From positions 3,410,001 through 3,474,000 of the forward strand of contig CM068742.1 in the NCBI GenBank assembly GCA_035084275.1: 64,000 nt of DNA, read 5' to 3'. The notes under the pieces were generated by a model that searched no databases, was not told the DNA's origin, and saw only the letters and a program-made list of their open reading frames with translations. Positions 50,881 through 64,000 of this stretch are shown here, piece by piece. This DNA is from Hydrolagus colliei. Taxonomy: Eukaryota. The translations under genes and the position numbers were made by a program. How positions within the stretch are numbered: position 1 is the stretch's first letter; each line of letters opens with the position of its first letter.

Positions 50881-52029
50881 TTGTTGTTCCTATTTTTCAA
50901 TCTGTCTATTAAATTTGTTCCAACAGTTTATTAGATCTTGACATTATTTAATCATGTTATCTTACTCCTTAATCTCTACATTATCTGGCTACCTATCTTT
51001 CAAATATCCCTATTGATATCACTGCAAATGCTTTCTAGGTGAAAGCATTCAAAGTGCTGTAGTCACAAACACCTGTGTCAAGACATGTCTCCTGACCCCA
51101 ATTGTGCTATGATTTTAAGGCTAAGCCACCTTGATATGGATTTGGAAAAGGGCTCAGGAAAGGGAACACATCAGTGATATCCATGAACATGCAACTGTAA
51201 GGAGTACAAAGCTTATCACTACTCTGCTGCAAAAAGTCTTCTCCCGTGTCCTCTGTAAACATTGCCATTTCCTAGAGAGTAATATTATAGTGGAACAGTA
51301 ATCCAATCATGCACTGCAGAGTATTTTACAGTGAATGCAAACTGACAAAAGTACTTTCCAATTAAAAAAATTATTTGCGAAGGCTATGTGAGGAAAACCA
51401 GCAGTGGTCATGAATGCATTATTTAAGCAGTGGTTTCAAATATGAGCCACGATTGAACAAGATAGCGCTCTGCAGTCTGGAGATCTGAACATGTCAGAGG
51501 GAACATCTGATGGATCACAAGATGAATTCATTAAGAGTTGAAATGTCAATTTTAGGACAGACAGAGGATTGCTTTTCTTCAACCGGAGGGTAATTAACAA
51601 CAGAAAGCCGATTTAGTGAGACTGATTAACACCAGTCATTGACCCAGAAGCTATCATCGCAATTGTAAACAATTAAAAACAGCCTCACACCATTTATAAT
51701 GGAGCAAATGTGGAACACGTTGAGAGTAGAGAAATAACACATACTTATAAATTTGCTCTATTGGAATAACAAGAACAACAAACCTTGAAAGGGATTGATT
51801 GGAAGTTCTGAGCCCTTTGCCAAGCAAAAAAATAATGCATGTGCTGAAAGCAGTAGGATTCAAAATACACCTATTTCAAGATCCTATCTAATTGACTGCT
51901 TCAACTGTAGTGACTGAACAAAGTATAATCTGAGCAACCTCTAATTTATAAGTAGTAGCTCACATAGACCTCTTACTTACATTAGCTGATTGAGGAGAAG
52001 CATAGTCTAAGTTCTGAAATTGTATATTT

Positions 52030-52425
52030 TCTAGATGATATTGGTAATTATAGTATTTATACTTTTCCAATATTGAAAAAGTCTCAAAGCAGTTCACAAT
52101 ATACACAGTAATGTATTTTGCGGGTAAACACTGCAACCTATTTTGATGTCCTGCAAACAACCACAAAGCGAATGATCCATTTAAATTAGGAGATTGTAGG
52201 CCAAGGACACCAGGAGTAATTCCCTCTCCCATCTAATGCAATAAGATTTTTAATGTTCATCTGAACAAGCAGACTGGACCTCGGTTTAATATCTCATCAG
52301 AAGGATGACACCTCCATCAACACAACACTCAGCACTATGTTGACTATAATCTTAGATTATTTTAGTTCAAAGAACTGATTTGTGGCTTGAACTCACAGCC
52401 ATCTAATTCAGAGTTGAGAGAACCG
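52030..52425 (-). mobile_element. Ancient DeuSINE
   Basis: ggacctcggtttaatatctcatcagaaggatgacacctcc is the reverse complement of the AmnSINE1/SacSINE1-like body. Confidence 0.7.
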
Positions 52426-52724
52426 CCAACATTCGCCCACATATATACAGTACAGTTAATTTACTTTACAGTAAACTCTTTGAAGCACTTTGAGACATCT
52501 AAAAGATGTGCAAAGTGCCTTATCAAATGCAAGGATAATTATTTTTATTATTATTATTATAAATATAAAGCAAGTAATTTGACTTGGAGTGTGAGATCAT
52601 AAATAGAGAGCAGATTAATATTAAAAGTTTCCATTAGACTAGTGCTAAGAAGAATGTGGTTTATGTTCTCACAGTACAGTAGATAAGTTGAACAACCTGA
52701 TTGAATACAGTGATCTGAGTAAAT

Positions 52725-53020
52725 TAATAATAATTTTTAAAAATTTGCATCGATACAGTGCCTTATCACATCTTCTAGATGTCTCAAACCGCATCACAGA
52801 ATATACTGTAAAGTGAGTTGACTGTATATATGTGGGTGAAATGTGGTAGCGAATTGCGCACAGCAGTGTCCCATAAAAAGTCGTGGATTGAAGTGACCAA
52901 TTCATTACTGTTTTTTTATCCTCGGAGGTATTATTATCAGGTGTGTGGAGTAAGGAAACTCGCCCAAGGAATTGAACCCAGGTCTCTCACTTGTAAGCCG
53001 AGTGCTCTGACCACTGAACT
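52725..53020 (-). mobile_element. Full-length SINE
   Basis: Tail, Deu core and head gtgctctgaccactgaact. Confidence 0.9.
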
Positions 53021-53131
53021 GTTTCGTCCACAAATATAGTCAATTCACTTTACAGTATATTCTGTGAAGTGCTTTGAGATGTCGATAAGATGTGAAAAGC
53101 ACTAAATAAAATGCAAGGATTATTATTATTA
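53020..53131 (+). mobile_element. SINE 3' fragment, inverted against the preceding copy
   Basis: gtttcgtccacaaatatagtcaattcactttacag...ggattattatt. Confidence 0.88.
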
Positions 53132-55129
53132 TAGCTACAAGACTCCCCACAAGTAATGTCAAACCTGCAGAGGCTACAATAGTTAGGAAGGTGGCAAATG
53201 TCATTTCACGGGGACAAATGCAAAGTGATGCAATTAGGATAGAACAGATAATGAATTTTATTATAATGTTATAGTATTTGTCTGAAGGACACCACATCAA
53301 TATCTAAGAAGCTTCTTCCTGCAAGAGCTTCTTTTCGATGTTTGCTAAGTGGGACCTTGGTGAGATGAAGATCCATCTGTGAGAATACCAATACTAATAC
53401 TAAGCATACTAATGCTTACGTTCTTATTTTCTCTGAACACAATATCTAGACACAATATTTAAACAACGACAACAACATTACACTTATAGAACACTTTTCA
53501 TGTCTGGAGGACGTCACAAGATGGTGGAAAGTGAACCTGATAGACCTTGGTCTTCTTTCACCTAACAAATTCTTATGTTGTTATGTTCCAATATTTCTCC
53601 TATAAAGTGAGAGATGCACAAATAAACAAACACATCTGTCTACTTTGGAAATACTCGACCCGAGTAAATTAATAATAAGAGATACTGATTGTCTTCCTGT
53701 TCCCTGTGCATTTCATTCTCCTTTAATGTTGTAATTTAGGGTTATGATAAAATGTTTGTTTGACTCTTGCTGTTGTGATGCATCAATATCAAAATATGAA
53801 TGACACTTTCAAAAGGAAATGCAGTAACCCTTCACAAGAACTCTTCACAATACATCACAATGCCTGATGTTATATACATTATGTATGACTTTCTCACAAA
53901 AAGAGATATCATAAAGCATTACATTCATAACTCAATCTTTTTGTACAGCTCTCAGATAGTGTCATATGGGTATCTGACATTAGACTGTTTTCTTCAATTA
54001 ATAATATCTATACAAACAGGTAAATTTATACACTAATTTTAAAACAATGACTGCTGCAAGAAAATTGTTTATCTATGTTAATAGATGTTGCCATATCTGA
54101 ATAGTGCAAGATGTTTTTTCATCCCGTATATAATTGCACCATAATGTAGACTAAATATTCAATGGAATTAAAATGTTCCTCGTCCATATATTTACGGGAC
54201 GATCAGTCACTGCATTCAAATATTTACAGTTTCCGAGAACATTTTCATCCTATGTTAACACCACTCCTCTGGTGCCACATTTGCGGATTCATTCCCAGCT
54301 CACATTGTTTGATATTGAAACAAATGGCGATCAATACATTTTATGAATGGCCTTGGATTTAGATAAGCAGATGATGGGAAGGCATTACATTTCATATCGA
54401 AACCTAATTAGTGTCCTGTCAGTTTAATGCACTGCAAGTGCATGGAATGAGCTCTGTGCATAAACGATATCACACTCCCTCACATTTCAAAATGAAACAT
54501 GCCAGTAATTTCACCGATGCTTTTCAGACTGTATTATTTTGCATCCCTTCACACGGTTAATGAATTAGCGACAGACCTTGGTAATAGGCTTCAAAAATGA
54601 AATGAAATTGTTCTTCAATGGCAAAATCTGATAGCAAGACAAAACATGTTGGCAATAAAATTATTCCCATCCTTGAATACCTGTGATAACATTTCAAATT
54701 TGAAGCTAAATAATTAAAAGTTTGTATTTATAAGCTGTCAAAGGCACAATGAAGCTTTCCATCACCACATTTATAATGCAATATTGCACCTGAATTAACT
54801 AATCCTCTGTCCTATGCCGAAACTACTCAGGATTTTAAAAGTTCGTGACAATGTCTGTTAAAACCACATATTTCCTTACAGAATGGTTTTCAATGAAGTT
54901 GCACTAATCTGTCTTTTAGCTTTAGGTTTATAGCACTACCTTATAGCACTTACTTTGTTGTATGCCTTGCCAATTGCTTTATCCCTGTTGAACTGCAAAA
55001 TATTTAATCTAACAAAACTGGCTCTGGCGGATCTATGGGTCATGTTATTTAATCCACAAAACGCAATGTAGATTCTCTCAATCGTTTATTTGCAAACTTT
55101 ACAAGTCAACCTCTCTCAACTCATCCTCT

Positions 55130-55284
55130 TTCACACTCTTTCAAATCTGCAAGTCACTCTTCCCAGAATTCTTTTATACTTGCACCATCCAAATTCAATT
55201 GCCACCTATGTTGTCCCAGCGCCTTGGGATGTCCTCCCAACGTGAAAGGTGCTTCGAAAAAAGTGTAATTTTGTTGTTGTTGTT
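55130..55284 (+). mobile_element. L2 tail fragment
   Basis: cagcgccttgggatgtcctcccaacgtgaaaggtgct...(ttg)n. Confidence 0.75.
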
Positions 55285-55319
55285 AAAGCAAATTTGCAAA
55301 ATATGCCTCAAAAGCAAGT

Positions 55320-55612
55320 CTTAAAATTAGAACCAGGCCTTTCAAGAGTGAAAGTAGGAAACCTTTTTTTTCACTCAACGGGTGGTAGAAATCTGTAATT
55401 CTCTCCCTCAAAAGGTTGTGGATGCTGCATCCATCCATACTTTCAAGAATGAGGTTGACAGAGTGTTGGTAGGTCGAGGTATTAAACGATATTGGGTGAA
55501 AGCCAGCAATTGAATTTGAAAGGATTAATAAAGATACAGATCAGCCATGATCTAACTAAATGGCGGAACAGGCTCGATGGGCTGAATGGTCTACTCCTGT
55601 TCCTATGTTCTT
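55320..55612 (+). mobile_element. CR1 3' end of a different, older subfamily
   Basis: FTQRVVEICNSLPQKVVDA-like C-terminus; tail aacaggctcgatgggctgaatggtctactcctgttcctatgttc. Confidence 0.85.
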
Positions 55613-55688
55613 AAGTACATGGCTGTCTGTTTGCTTTCTAAAATGTTGATGCGTTGTCCATCAGGAAGCTTGTAGGGAGTTCCTTGTA

Positions 55689-56093
55689 TAGTAGAAGCCC
55701 GTTTATCCGGCACCCGTGGGACCTGGCCAATGCCGGTTAAAGCGCCTGCTGGATATTCGGGCGGATACTGATTGAGGTTTACAGTCCAGCGATTCTTTTT
55801 TAAATGGAGGACGCCAAGCGGGTGAAAAAAACGGCAGCGCCATAAACCTCAACCGCAGCATCATGGCTTCAAGCGCAGCATCTACCAGCAAAGGTGAGAA
55901 GCCCAAGAGAGTAATTTTAACAATAAATACCAATACAATATTCTGTTATTATGTTATGATTTATGCATTTACAAATGCTCCACTGCTATTGTTCCGGATA
56001 AGTTCCGGTTTATCAAATGGGGACTTTTTTTGGGGTGTGCTGGTTATATGGAAGTGCCGGTGCATCGAGTCATGGATAAATGAGCTTCTGCTG
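55689..56093 (+). mobile_element. Tigger-type non-autonomous element, longer relative of the 45648 MITE, opposite orientation
   Basis: TIRs tagtagaagcccgtttatcc / ggataaatgagcttctgctg, TA flanks; internal MASSAASTSKGEKPKRVILTI resembles a pogo/Tigger transposase start. Confidence 0.88.
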
Positions 56094-58375
56094 TACCTGT
56101 CTTCCACCTAGAGAGAACTCAAACTGGTGCTTGGCAGATGACGAATGATTAACTAATGACTACCCTCATGGTGGGGGGTAGGGGCGTGCGGATTCCTGGG
56201 AGACTCTGGTTAATACTTACAGTCATTTTGACTGAGCTATTGCTAATAACTAAACTGTCCTTCATGCCTTTCACCGAAGCTTTGCATTCCACCCCCAAAT
56301 AATCCAACAAGGTCATGCTTGTCAATCTCTAGTTCGGAACTTTGTTTACCAATAGTTGTTTTGATGCCATATCAAATCTGTTGAAACAGATCAGGTCAAC
56401 ATTATCACGTTGATCTGGGTACAATTCTCATTGGGTTGTTTCCTCTTAAATTCCATCCAACTGTGATCAGTTGTTTTTACCTCCTACATTTAAAGTCTAA
56501 ACAAATGTGTTAGATGTTAGGGTATCCAAAGACTAGCAGATCTAAAAGACAATTTAGGAGGAGCTTTCTCATGCAGAGGGGGTCGTGAGAATGTGGAACT
56601 CCCTCCCCAAAATGGCGATTGAAGCAGTTAATCCTATAGATGCATTTGAGAAGAAATGGCACTACTAACAAGACAGCGCTCCCGAGCCACCACCCACCCC
56701 ATCCCTTCCCCACCCCCAAGTGCAGCACTGAAGTGTCACCCATGACAGTGAGCTTGACTGTCAGTGTGGGGTTCAATCCAGAACCTTCTGATTAAGAGAC
56801 AAGAATGTTACAAATTAGATGTCACCGCCATTGCATGGTAGGACTCAAACCAAATCACTCACCGCAAGGCACAACAACAACAACTTGCATTTCCATCGCG
56901 CCTTTCACACGAGGTAGCAAGCCGTAGCACACAAGTAACAGGCACAGGTAATAATTACTCAATGGTCTTCACTGCTAACTCATAGATTTGCCTTTGAATC
57001 TACATTTGGGAAGACAATAATACCTGCTTGTGGAAGGTATATTTAAAACATCTCAGTCAATTGTATTCTCTCGGTGTAGCTTTTTATCTGGTGGTTCTGT
57101 GTGATCGTTTTACACTGTCAAATAGTCAAAAATCAAATTAATCCACCCACATTCGTTGTTTTGACTACAGTACCTGCCAGTGCTGCAGCGTGCTGCAAAT
57201 GACAAGTTTTTACTGCATCTATATCCTGTAAAGTTTCCCCCAGACACAAGTTTGCTGGTATGAATGCACTGAATAATGTATGTGGGAACATGAAATCAAG
57301 TTAAATCACACTCTTGTTTTGAGACTCACTTAGTTTTCGCCAGTAATGCTATGTATAGAGCTAAGTATAGACTACATTTGGTGAATGCATTGATGTAATG
57401 CGTGGTGTGGAGTATCAGTGCACTAATGGATCATTAATTTTACTGCAATAGATGATGGTTTAGTCCAGCTAGCAGAATTTATTTCACCACAAATAATTGA
57501 ATTATTTCCCTTGTGTAAACATACTAGGCCACTGGAGTGAAATCAGTGCAAGCTTGGCTTCTATTTTTATCTTTAAGAGGCATCAATTATTTTCAGCACC
57601 CTATGTTCCTGGCAGATATGGATTTATGTTTGAGTGTCCTGCACTTGTAACTGCTCCCCTATGGGGGTTGAGTTGATATTTGAGTTCTGTGAATTCTGCA
57701 AAAAGGACTAACATTCATTTTCACTCGGACTGATTACACTCAATGTAATACTCAACACAGTCATACAAGACCAAGCCTTTAGCACCTCTTAGGTGCATTT
57801 CATTGCCAATCTATGCTATTATTTGAAACTGCAAACCACAAGAATGCATTATAAAAGCTCATTCTCATCTAGATCAATATGCAAGTGAATATCCATCCAT
57901 CTAACCAAGCACTTTGGCTTTTAAATTTCCTTGAGGATCTGAGTACTTGTCACTGAAAGTTTATATGGTACATAGGTGAACGGAACTGCACAAAAGTATT
58001 CATTAAAGCAAAGATGCAGGTTCTATGTGACATGTTTTTTCAACATCAAGTTTTCCTAGGTCAAGTGTAACACACCAATTGTCGGGTAAATCTCTTCCTG
58101 TTGAGCCTTAACTTGCATGCCATACTTTCTGTTGCTTGCTGATGGGCGCATATTGTGAGAATTAGCTGCACAATACCAACAAGTTAAAAAAAATACAAGG
58201 GTAAGTTTCACTTAGCTTCGGAGGAGATCCATGATGGGCACATGTAAGCAAATGGACCAGAATTTAGGGAATATTCACACAGTTTTGCACTTTAACAAGT
58301 AGCGAAAGAGCTTCTTCACCCCATTAGAAACCCACCTCTTGTTGGCCCTGCTACTTATCTGATTATCAGATTATC

Positions 58376-58442
58376 CTGTAGCTCAGTGGTTAGAGCACTC
58401 GCCTTACAAGCATGAGATCTGTGTTTGAATCCAGGCAGATCA
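58376..58442 (+). mobile_element. SINE tRNA-derived head, split by an L2 insertion (resumes at 59421-59432)
   Basis: ctgtagctcagtggttagagcactcgcc...gtttgaatccaggcagatca; continuation gatcagggcgaa. Confidence 0.85.
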
Positions 58443-59425
58443 ACAACAACAACAACAAATTACATTTATAGAATCATAGAATCATAGAATCATAGAATCA
58501 TAGAATTTTACGGCACAAAAGGAGGCAATTCGGCCCATCTAGTCTGTGCCGGCTCTTTGAAAAGAGCGATTCAATCCCATTGCCCTGCCCGCTCCCCATA
58601 GCCTAATAGACCCGTTCTCCCTAAATAAAGATCTAATTCCCTTTTAAAAGTTGTTATCGAATCAGCCTCCACCACCTTTTCAGGCAATGCATTCCAGATT
58701 CGAACAACTCGCTGAGTGAAAAAAATTCTCCTCAGCTCCCCTCTACTGCGCCTTGAAACTATTTTAAATCTGTGACCACGAGTCACAGATTCACCCACGA
58801 GTGGAAATAGTTTTTCTCTATTTGCCCTGTCGAAACCCCTCATGATCTTATAAACCTCTATTAGGTCTCCCCTCAATCTTCTCTGCTCCAGAGAGAATAA
58901 CCCTAGCCTATCTAGCCTCTCCTCATAGCTGAAGTCCCTCAATCCTGGCACCATCCTAGTAAATCTTCGTTGTACCCTTTCCAATGCCTTCACATCCTTT
59001 CTGTAGTGTGGTATAGAGCGCCTTTCACGTCGGGAGGATGTACCAAGGCGCTGCACAGGAGGCGTGTGACCCGAGCTCAAAGGGGAGTGTTTGGGAAGGG
59101 GTGAAACACGAAGGGGAGGTAGAAAAGTTTGGGGTGGAACAAAAGACACGGTCGAAGAGGAAAGTCTTCAAACCGGCTTTGAAAGAGGAAAGGGAAGAAA
59201 CGAAATGGAGGGATTGAGGGATGGCATTCCATAGGGTGGGAGCGGAGAAACTGAAGGCCCGGCCTCCGATGGTGGGGCGGTTCGGGCGGGGGGCTTGGAG
59301 CAGGCCAAGTCCTGTTGAACGGAGGGTCCGGGTGGGCTTGTAGGGGGAAAGTAGATTGGTTAAATAAGGCGGGGCAAGGCCGTGTAAGGCCTTGTAGGTG
59401 AGGACGAGGATCTTGAACTCGATCA
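58441..59425 (-). mobile_element. Young L2 3' fragment, itself interrupted by CR1
   Basis: (caa)n tail 58441-58457; body 59013-59424 encodes [21 protein letters not shown]...FKAGLKTFLF. Confidence 0.95.
58468..59011 (-). mobile_element. Young CR1 3' fragment with uninterrupted ORF2 C-terminus
   Basis: PHYRKDVKALERVQRRFTRM...RRLRGDLIEVYKI...FFTQRVVRIWNALP; (atagaatc)4 tail. Confidence 0.97.
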
Positions 59426-59544
59426 GGGCGAATCTATACCTATATCTATACCTACATTGTATAGGTAAGCATCGATACATTATACAATGCATAGCAGATA
59501 TATATATATATACTGTATATATATACTGAATATATAATATTGTA

Positions 59545-59830
59545 CCTTTCATGTTAGGAGGATATCCTAAAATGATTAACAATTATTACCTGAATTGATT
59601 GTGGGAGTCAAGGAGGATGGGGTTGGGAGGGAAAAGATGACTGAAGGCACAGAAAGGTAGGTCCTGAGACTCCCTGAACAAGGTGAGGGACAGATAGTCA
59701 GAGGGAAACTGGGATGGAGTTCAAGATTATGTGGCAGAAAGGCTGATGATGGGTTGGGTAGTTCGGGGGACATGAAGCAGACTGGTGCCTGTTGAGCAAA
59801 GGGAGCGGTTAGGTATGATTTGAGTTAATT
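59545..59830 (-). mobile_element. Old L2 3' fragment
   Basis: gatggagttcaagattatgtggcagaaaggctgatg resembles the [11 protein letters not shown] region; tail remnant at 59545. Confidence 0.6.
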
Positions 59831-61764
59831 GCAGAGTTAGTGTGTATTATTTGTCTTAGCTTTATTTGAATAGAACAGACTTGCATAATGAATGAGAACA
59901 ATTTAGGTTTTTAATTGCAGCAAATTGCTCCGAAATTCAATTATCAATTCTGGAGAATTGTTGGTTAAAATATTGAGAAATTCCCTTCGAGGAGGTTGGT
60001 AAACACAGCAGCCTACGTTGTGCCTTGGAATGTCTTACATGTATATGAGATATATTTTCTATGAATATTTTTTTTTAAACTGTTTACAGAGCAGTGAGTA
60101 AACACTTATCCTGCCGACTTAAAAATTCAGTGATTATGAATTATAAGATGGAATGTCTGTATAAAGACAGATGAAACGTTGAATGTAACAAACAATAGAA
60201 ATGTGGAACTTACTTGCATTGAGAACAATGTGTGCCTTGCAACAGATAGGATATTGATACGATTTAAGGTACTGTATGTATATTTCTTAAAAAAAAGGTA
60301 ATAAAGATAATAGAATCATAAACTTACAGCACAGGAGGAGACCATTCAGCCCATCAGTCTGCACCGTTTATCTCATTCATCTCATTATCCTGCCTTATCT
60401 CCACATCTCATTCAGTGATTAAGAATTATGAGATGAGACATTTTCTAAACCGATTAAGTTATGATACCACAGCCACCAGCTGCCCCAAAATGACAGGCTC
60501 AATGACCTGTTTTTCAAATGTGAATGCGGATAGCGTTGTGGAGTGTTGGGCAAGCTATTCAGCCCGGAAGCTATCACCTTGATTATCTGATCAGGTCCTC
60601 ACCTGACAACCAAGCATGCAAACTTCCCAGCAGGGATAACTGAAAAGTGACCAGTGGCAAAAACTTTTCGATGAATTTTCTATTGCCTTAGCCTAAGGGC
60701 ATGAAAGGCAATTGCGATGCTCCAACTGCATCCTCGATGACGTGAGTACAAACTGAGGAATCGAATCCCAACCTTTGATCTTTTATGCCTGGGTTTCACT
60801 TTGCTGGATGGTGAGTGAGTTTACCAACGGAATCATCAAGAGATTCGTTAAAAATGAACTGTAAAATTCCAAATAGAAAATAAAATTATGCTTTCACATG
60901 TTAGCCTTGTACAAAATCCAGTGATTGTTTTCTACAATAAATTTGTCTGATGTTTTCATTGGTATCTTTGAAGAAGGGTTACTCATTGTTAATCCGAACA
61001 CCAAGGCTCACCACCCTAGTTAATTTACCATCCAAAAAGGCAATTTACTTTTAGTTATGATGATATGCAAAGTGCCCATTTTCTACCTGAATTTATTAGG
61101 TGGAGTTGGGCTTGTTGGATTCACAATGGGTTTTTGTCTTACATATGGGAATCAATTAGACTAATCAAACTACAATTCGACACGGACTCAATGCAGCCAT
61201 GAATACTGATCATGAATACAAATCACACACGTCTGTCTTCTGCTGACTTGGTTGGATCAAACATAAAATGGATTCTCTGAATTCTAGTCAAGCAAAAAAA
61301 AATCATTAGATTTTATTTAAAAATTCAATGCAGGTCCAAAGCATGCGTGCCTTTATCTATAATCCGCTAAATAATCCTTGCATTTCATATGGAGTCAGCA
61401 AGACATCTTAAATGTCAGAAACATTTTCAAGCGCTCTGAGACGTCGTCCGGCATGGAGGGCGCTATATAAATCGAAGTTGTTAAATCATTCCACAGGATT
61501 TTACTGTAAAATGTAGAGATGTGTGTTTACGCCAAAAAAAACAGCTGTCAATTTGGGTTCAGCAATATCCTACAAACAGCCATGAAGTGAATGTTCAATA
61601 TTATCTTGGAGATGGTTGGCCACTGTGAGAATTTACTTTCTCTTTTCAAGTTATACCACAGGATCTCTAACATCCACCCAGACAGGCAAATGGGGTTTCA
61701 GTGCAACCCTCTCACAGCACCGGAGCATTGGAGGTTCAACCTACACCTGACTGAGAAAGGATTC

Positions 61765-62082
61765 CAGTGGGTCTCAACCTTTTTCAGTTATGTACACTTG
61801 GTTAATTGTCAACATTATCGTATTATCACCCAACCACACACACACACACACACACACACACCACCCCACTCTCATTCCACTTGCATTTTATGACCAAGCT
61901 TTTCCTATGTAACAAAATAACTAGCACATACAAAACGAGGGGAATAACAATTAAATATACAATTTGGAAGGCTATAAAATGCTAAATAAGAGAGCTAAAT
62001 AAATCAATGTACCACCACCTGTACCCGCTGGAAGTAATGTTGTACTCCCTGGGGTACATGTAGCCCTGGTTGCGAACCGCTG
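61765..62082. mobile_element. hAT (Charlie-like) MITE containing a (CA)n tract
   Basis: TIRs cagtgggtctcaacc / ggttgcgaaccgctg; right flank ctctatac fits the Charlie target preference, but the left flank does not match it. Confidence 0.7.
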
Positions 62083-64000
62083 CTCTATACAATCGTGATA
62101 ATTGACTAAGTAGCAATCATACTTGTTGTCTGATCTGTCACATTCTTCATGAGTAGAATGTGGATCATTTATGCCAACATGGATTAATCATAAATCAGTT
62201 CTGTTCTGAAAGTAGTTTTAAACATGAGTTCAATAAATGGTGGCTTGAATCTCACCAGGTAATGAGGGCTATATAAGGATTTTACATTAATAATATTGTA
62301 ATGTTGATCTATTTACATCATACAAAATCAGGTGGATTTTAATACTGCTGTCTTTATTTGATGCAACAATTTCTGTCATTATCTCCACTTTAAGATGGAA
62401 TTTCAGGCTCTATATTAATCTAAGTACGGCATACAGTTAGTTTGCAAGGTGACAGGAGAGCAAAACAGCAATTTTATATTCGCTTAATAAATAAATGAAA
62501 CAGTAATGAAATGATTGTTCATGTAAACACAGCATTTTATGACAACCATATTAGAAACAATTCATAAACACAGATATACTAGTGTTTCAGCATCCCAGCT
62601 AATAAAGTATAGATAATAAGAACAAAAATAAAACCTTGGATTTGATGTTGTGCCTTTAATTACCCTCTGCTGAATAAAACCAGGAGAATTAAGATTGAAC
62701 ACATTACACCGATAACCAAATTGTGCATTGTATCCATGTGCATTTCCCACACAATGGAAATATTGTCTTTATTAGCAAGGGTAGAATAACCATATCATAA
62801 ACTTGCTGAAGCCATCAATCCTCATCAGTGATGTCCATTGTGAATTTGCAATACCATTCTCCATCAGATGATGTTCAGCATTCTGGATTCAATTTATTTA
62901 TTTTGCTAGATTTGGTGACACGATGAACTGATTCAATATTAAACTTTTGGGAATGTTACTCAGAAAGGTGGGCCTTTGAAATAAGTTTTGTTTTAAAAAA
63001 AAGGATCCTTGTATTTCTTAGACAAAGTGCCTATGAAAAATAATGTATTCACAAAACTTTGGGGGAAATGTGAAGTGTGCAATACACCATGAATAAGCGT
63101 GTATCTGACATTTACTATATATCATTTTCTGACTGGATTTTCAACTTTTGGTTCCAGAAAGAGCTGAGTAAATCCTGTATGACAAAATTATTACTATTTC
63201 TGCTGCATTACTGCACATTATGTGCTGATTCAGACATACATTGCGAAAGGGAGATAATTATTACATCAATCTTGCTAAAATATCTAGAAAACGTAATTGG
63301 AATAATCGTAAAATCCGTAATTCTTATCGTATTATTATATACAGCACTTCAAAAGATTAAATGTGCAAATTAAGCAATTGAAATTACTCAAATGATCGTC
63401 AATTGGTTTTAATGCAAGGATGGCAATGCAACCTCTTCCCATTGAGGATACTAAAACAAATTACTTTGATATAAAATCTTTTTATAATATTAGGAGGATG
63501 GCTAAAGCGCTTCACAGTATTCACTGTAAAGTGCAGTGACTGTCTATTTTACACACGAACATGGCAGCTAATTTGTGCATAAGAATTTCCATAAATTAAT
63601 AACCTAACATTCACATTGAAAAATAGGCCTTTACTATTCACATTTATGATGTATATTTCACACAAGTATCAGTAGCCTGGCAACTAAAAGGCATTAGAGA
63701 ACAATTTAAATATTTCTTAAAGGGATTCCTTCATAAAGAATGTGAGTTTTGCAAATGATAACTTGATTCCTGTGACCAGAAAGATGTCATACCACCCTCT
63801 GGAATTCTATTCCATTGCGTTTTCCTTTCGGGGTAGAGGTCCAATAGCTCGAATATAAATCAAAAGCAACAGCACAAAATAATATAAGAACAAAGGAGAA
63901 AGAGCCATTCAAGTCATCCTGCTTTTCTTTCGCTCAAATCTTTGATCTCGATCAACAAAGATCTTGTTAATTCCTCAGGGATCTGTTCTGTATCCCACAT

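Noticed and set aside
58376-58438. tRNA gene
   Set aside because: It is the tRNA-derived SINE head; no complete acceptor stem, and SINE sequence continues after the insertion.
58571-59149. 192-aa ORF as a novel fusion protein
   Set aside because: Chance in-frame join of L2 3' UTR to an inserted CR1 fragment; no promoter or splice evidence.

Overview
Eukaryotic, AT-rich, repeat-dense genomic DNA. The repeat inventory (tRNA-headed Deu-domain SINEs with an L2-like tail, L2 LINEs ending in (TTG)n, CR1 LINEs ending in (ATTCTATG)n, Tigger/pogo and hAT MITEs, Penelope-like terminal repeats) points to a cartilaginous fish, most likely a holocephalan such as Callorhinchus milii (inference, not a database result). 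I recognise no host protein-coding exon, tRNA or rRNA gene. Every convincing ORF is a truncated or degenerate transposon ORF (L2/CR1 reverse transcriptase, Tigger transposase), so the window is probably intergenic or inside a large intron. I found no clearly novel biological system. The best leads are: (1) an unidentified, very old repeat in three copies diverged with a codon-like pattern; (2) Penelope-type pieces carrying a degenerate hammerhead ribozyme core; (3) a perfect 33-bp hairpin; (4) a SINE>L2>CR1 triple nest with readable target-site duplications; (5) two non-repeat segments 7.5 kb apart that share ordered motif blocks. Boundaries of old repeats are approximate, and many small fragments are not listed.
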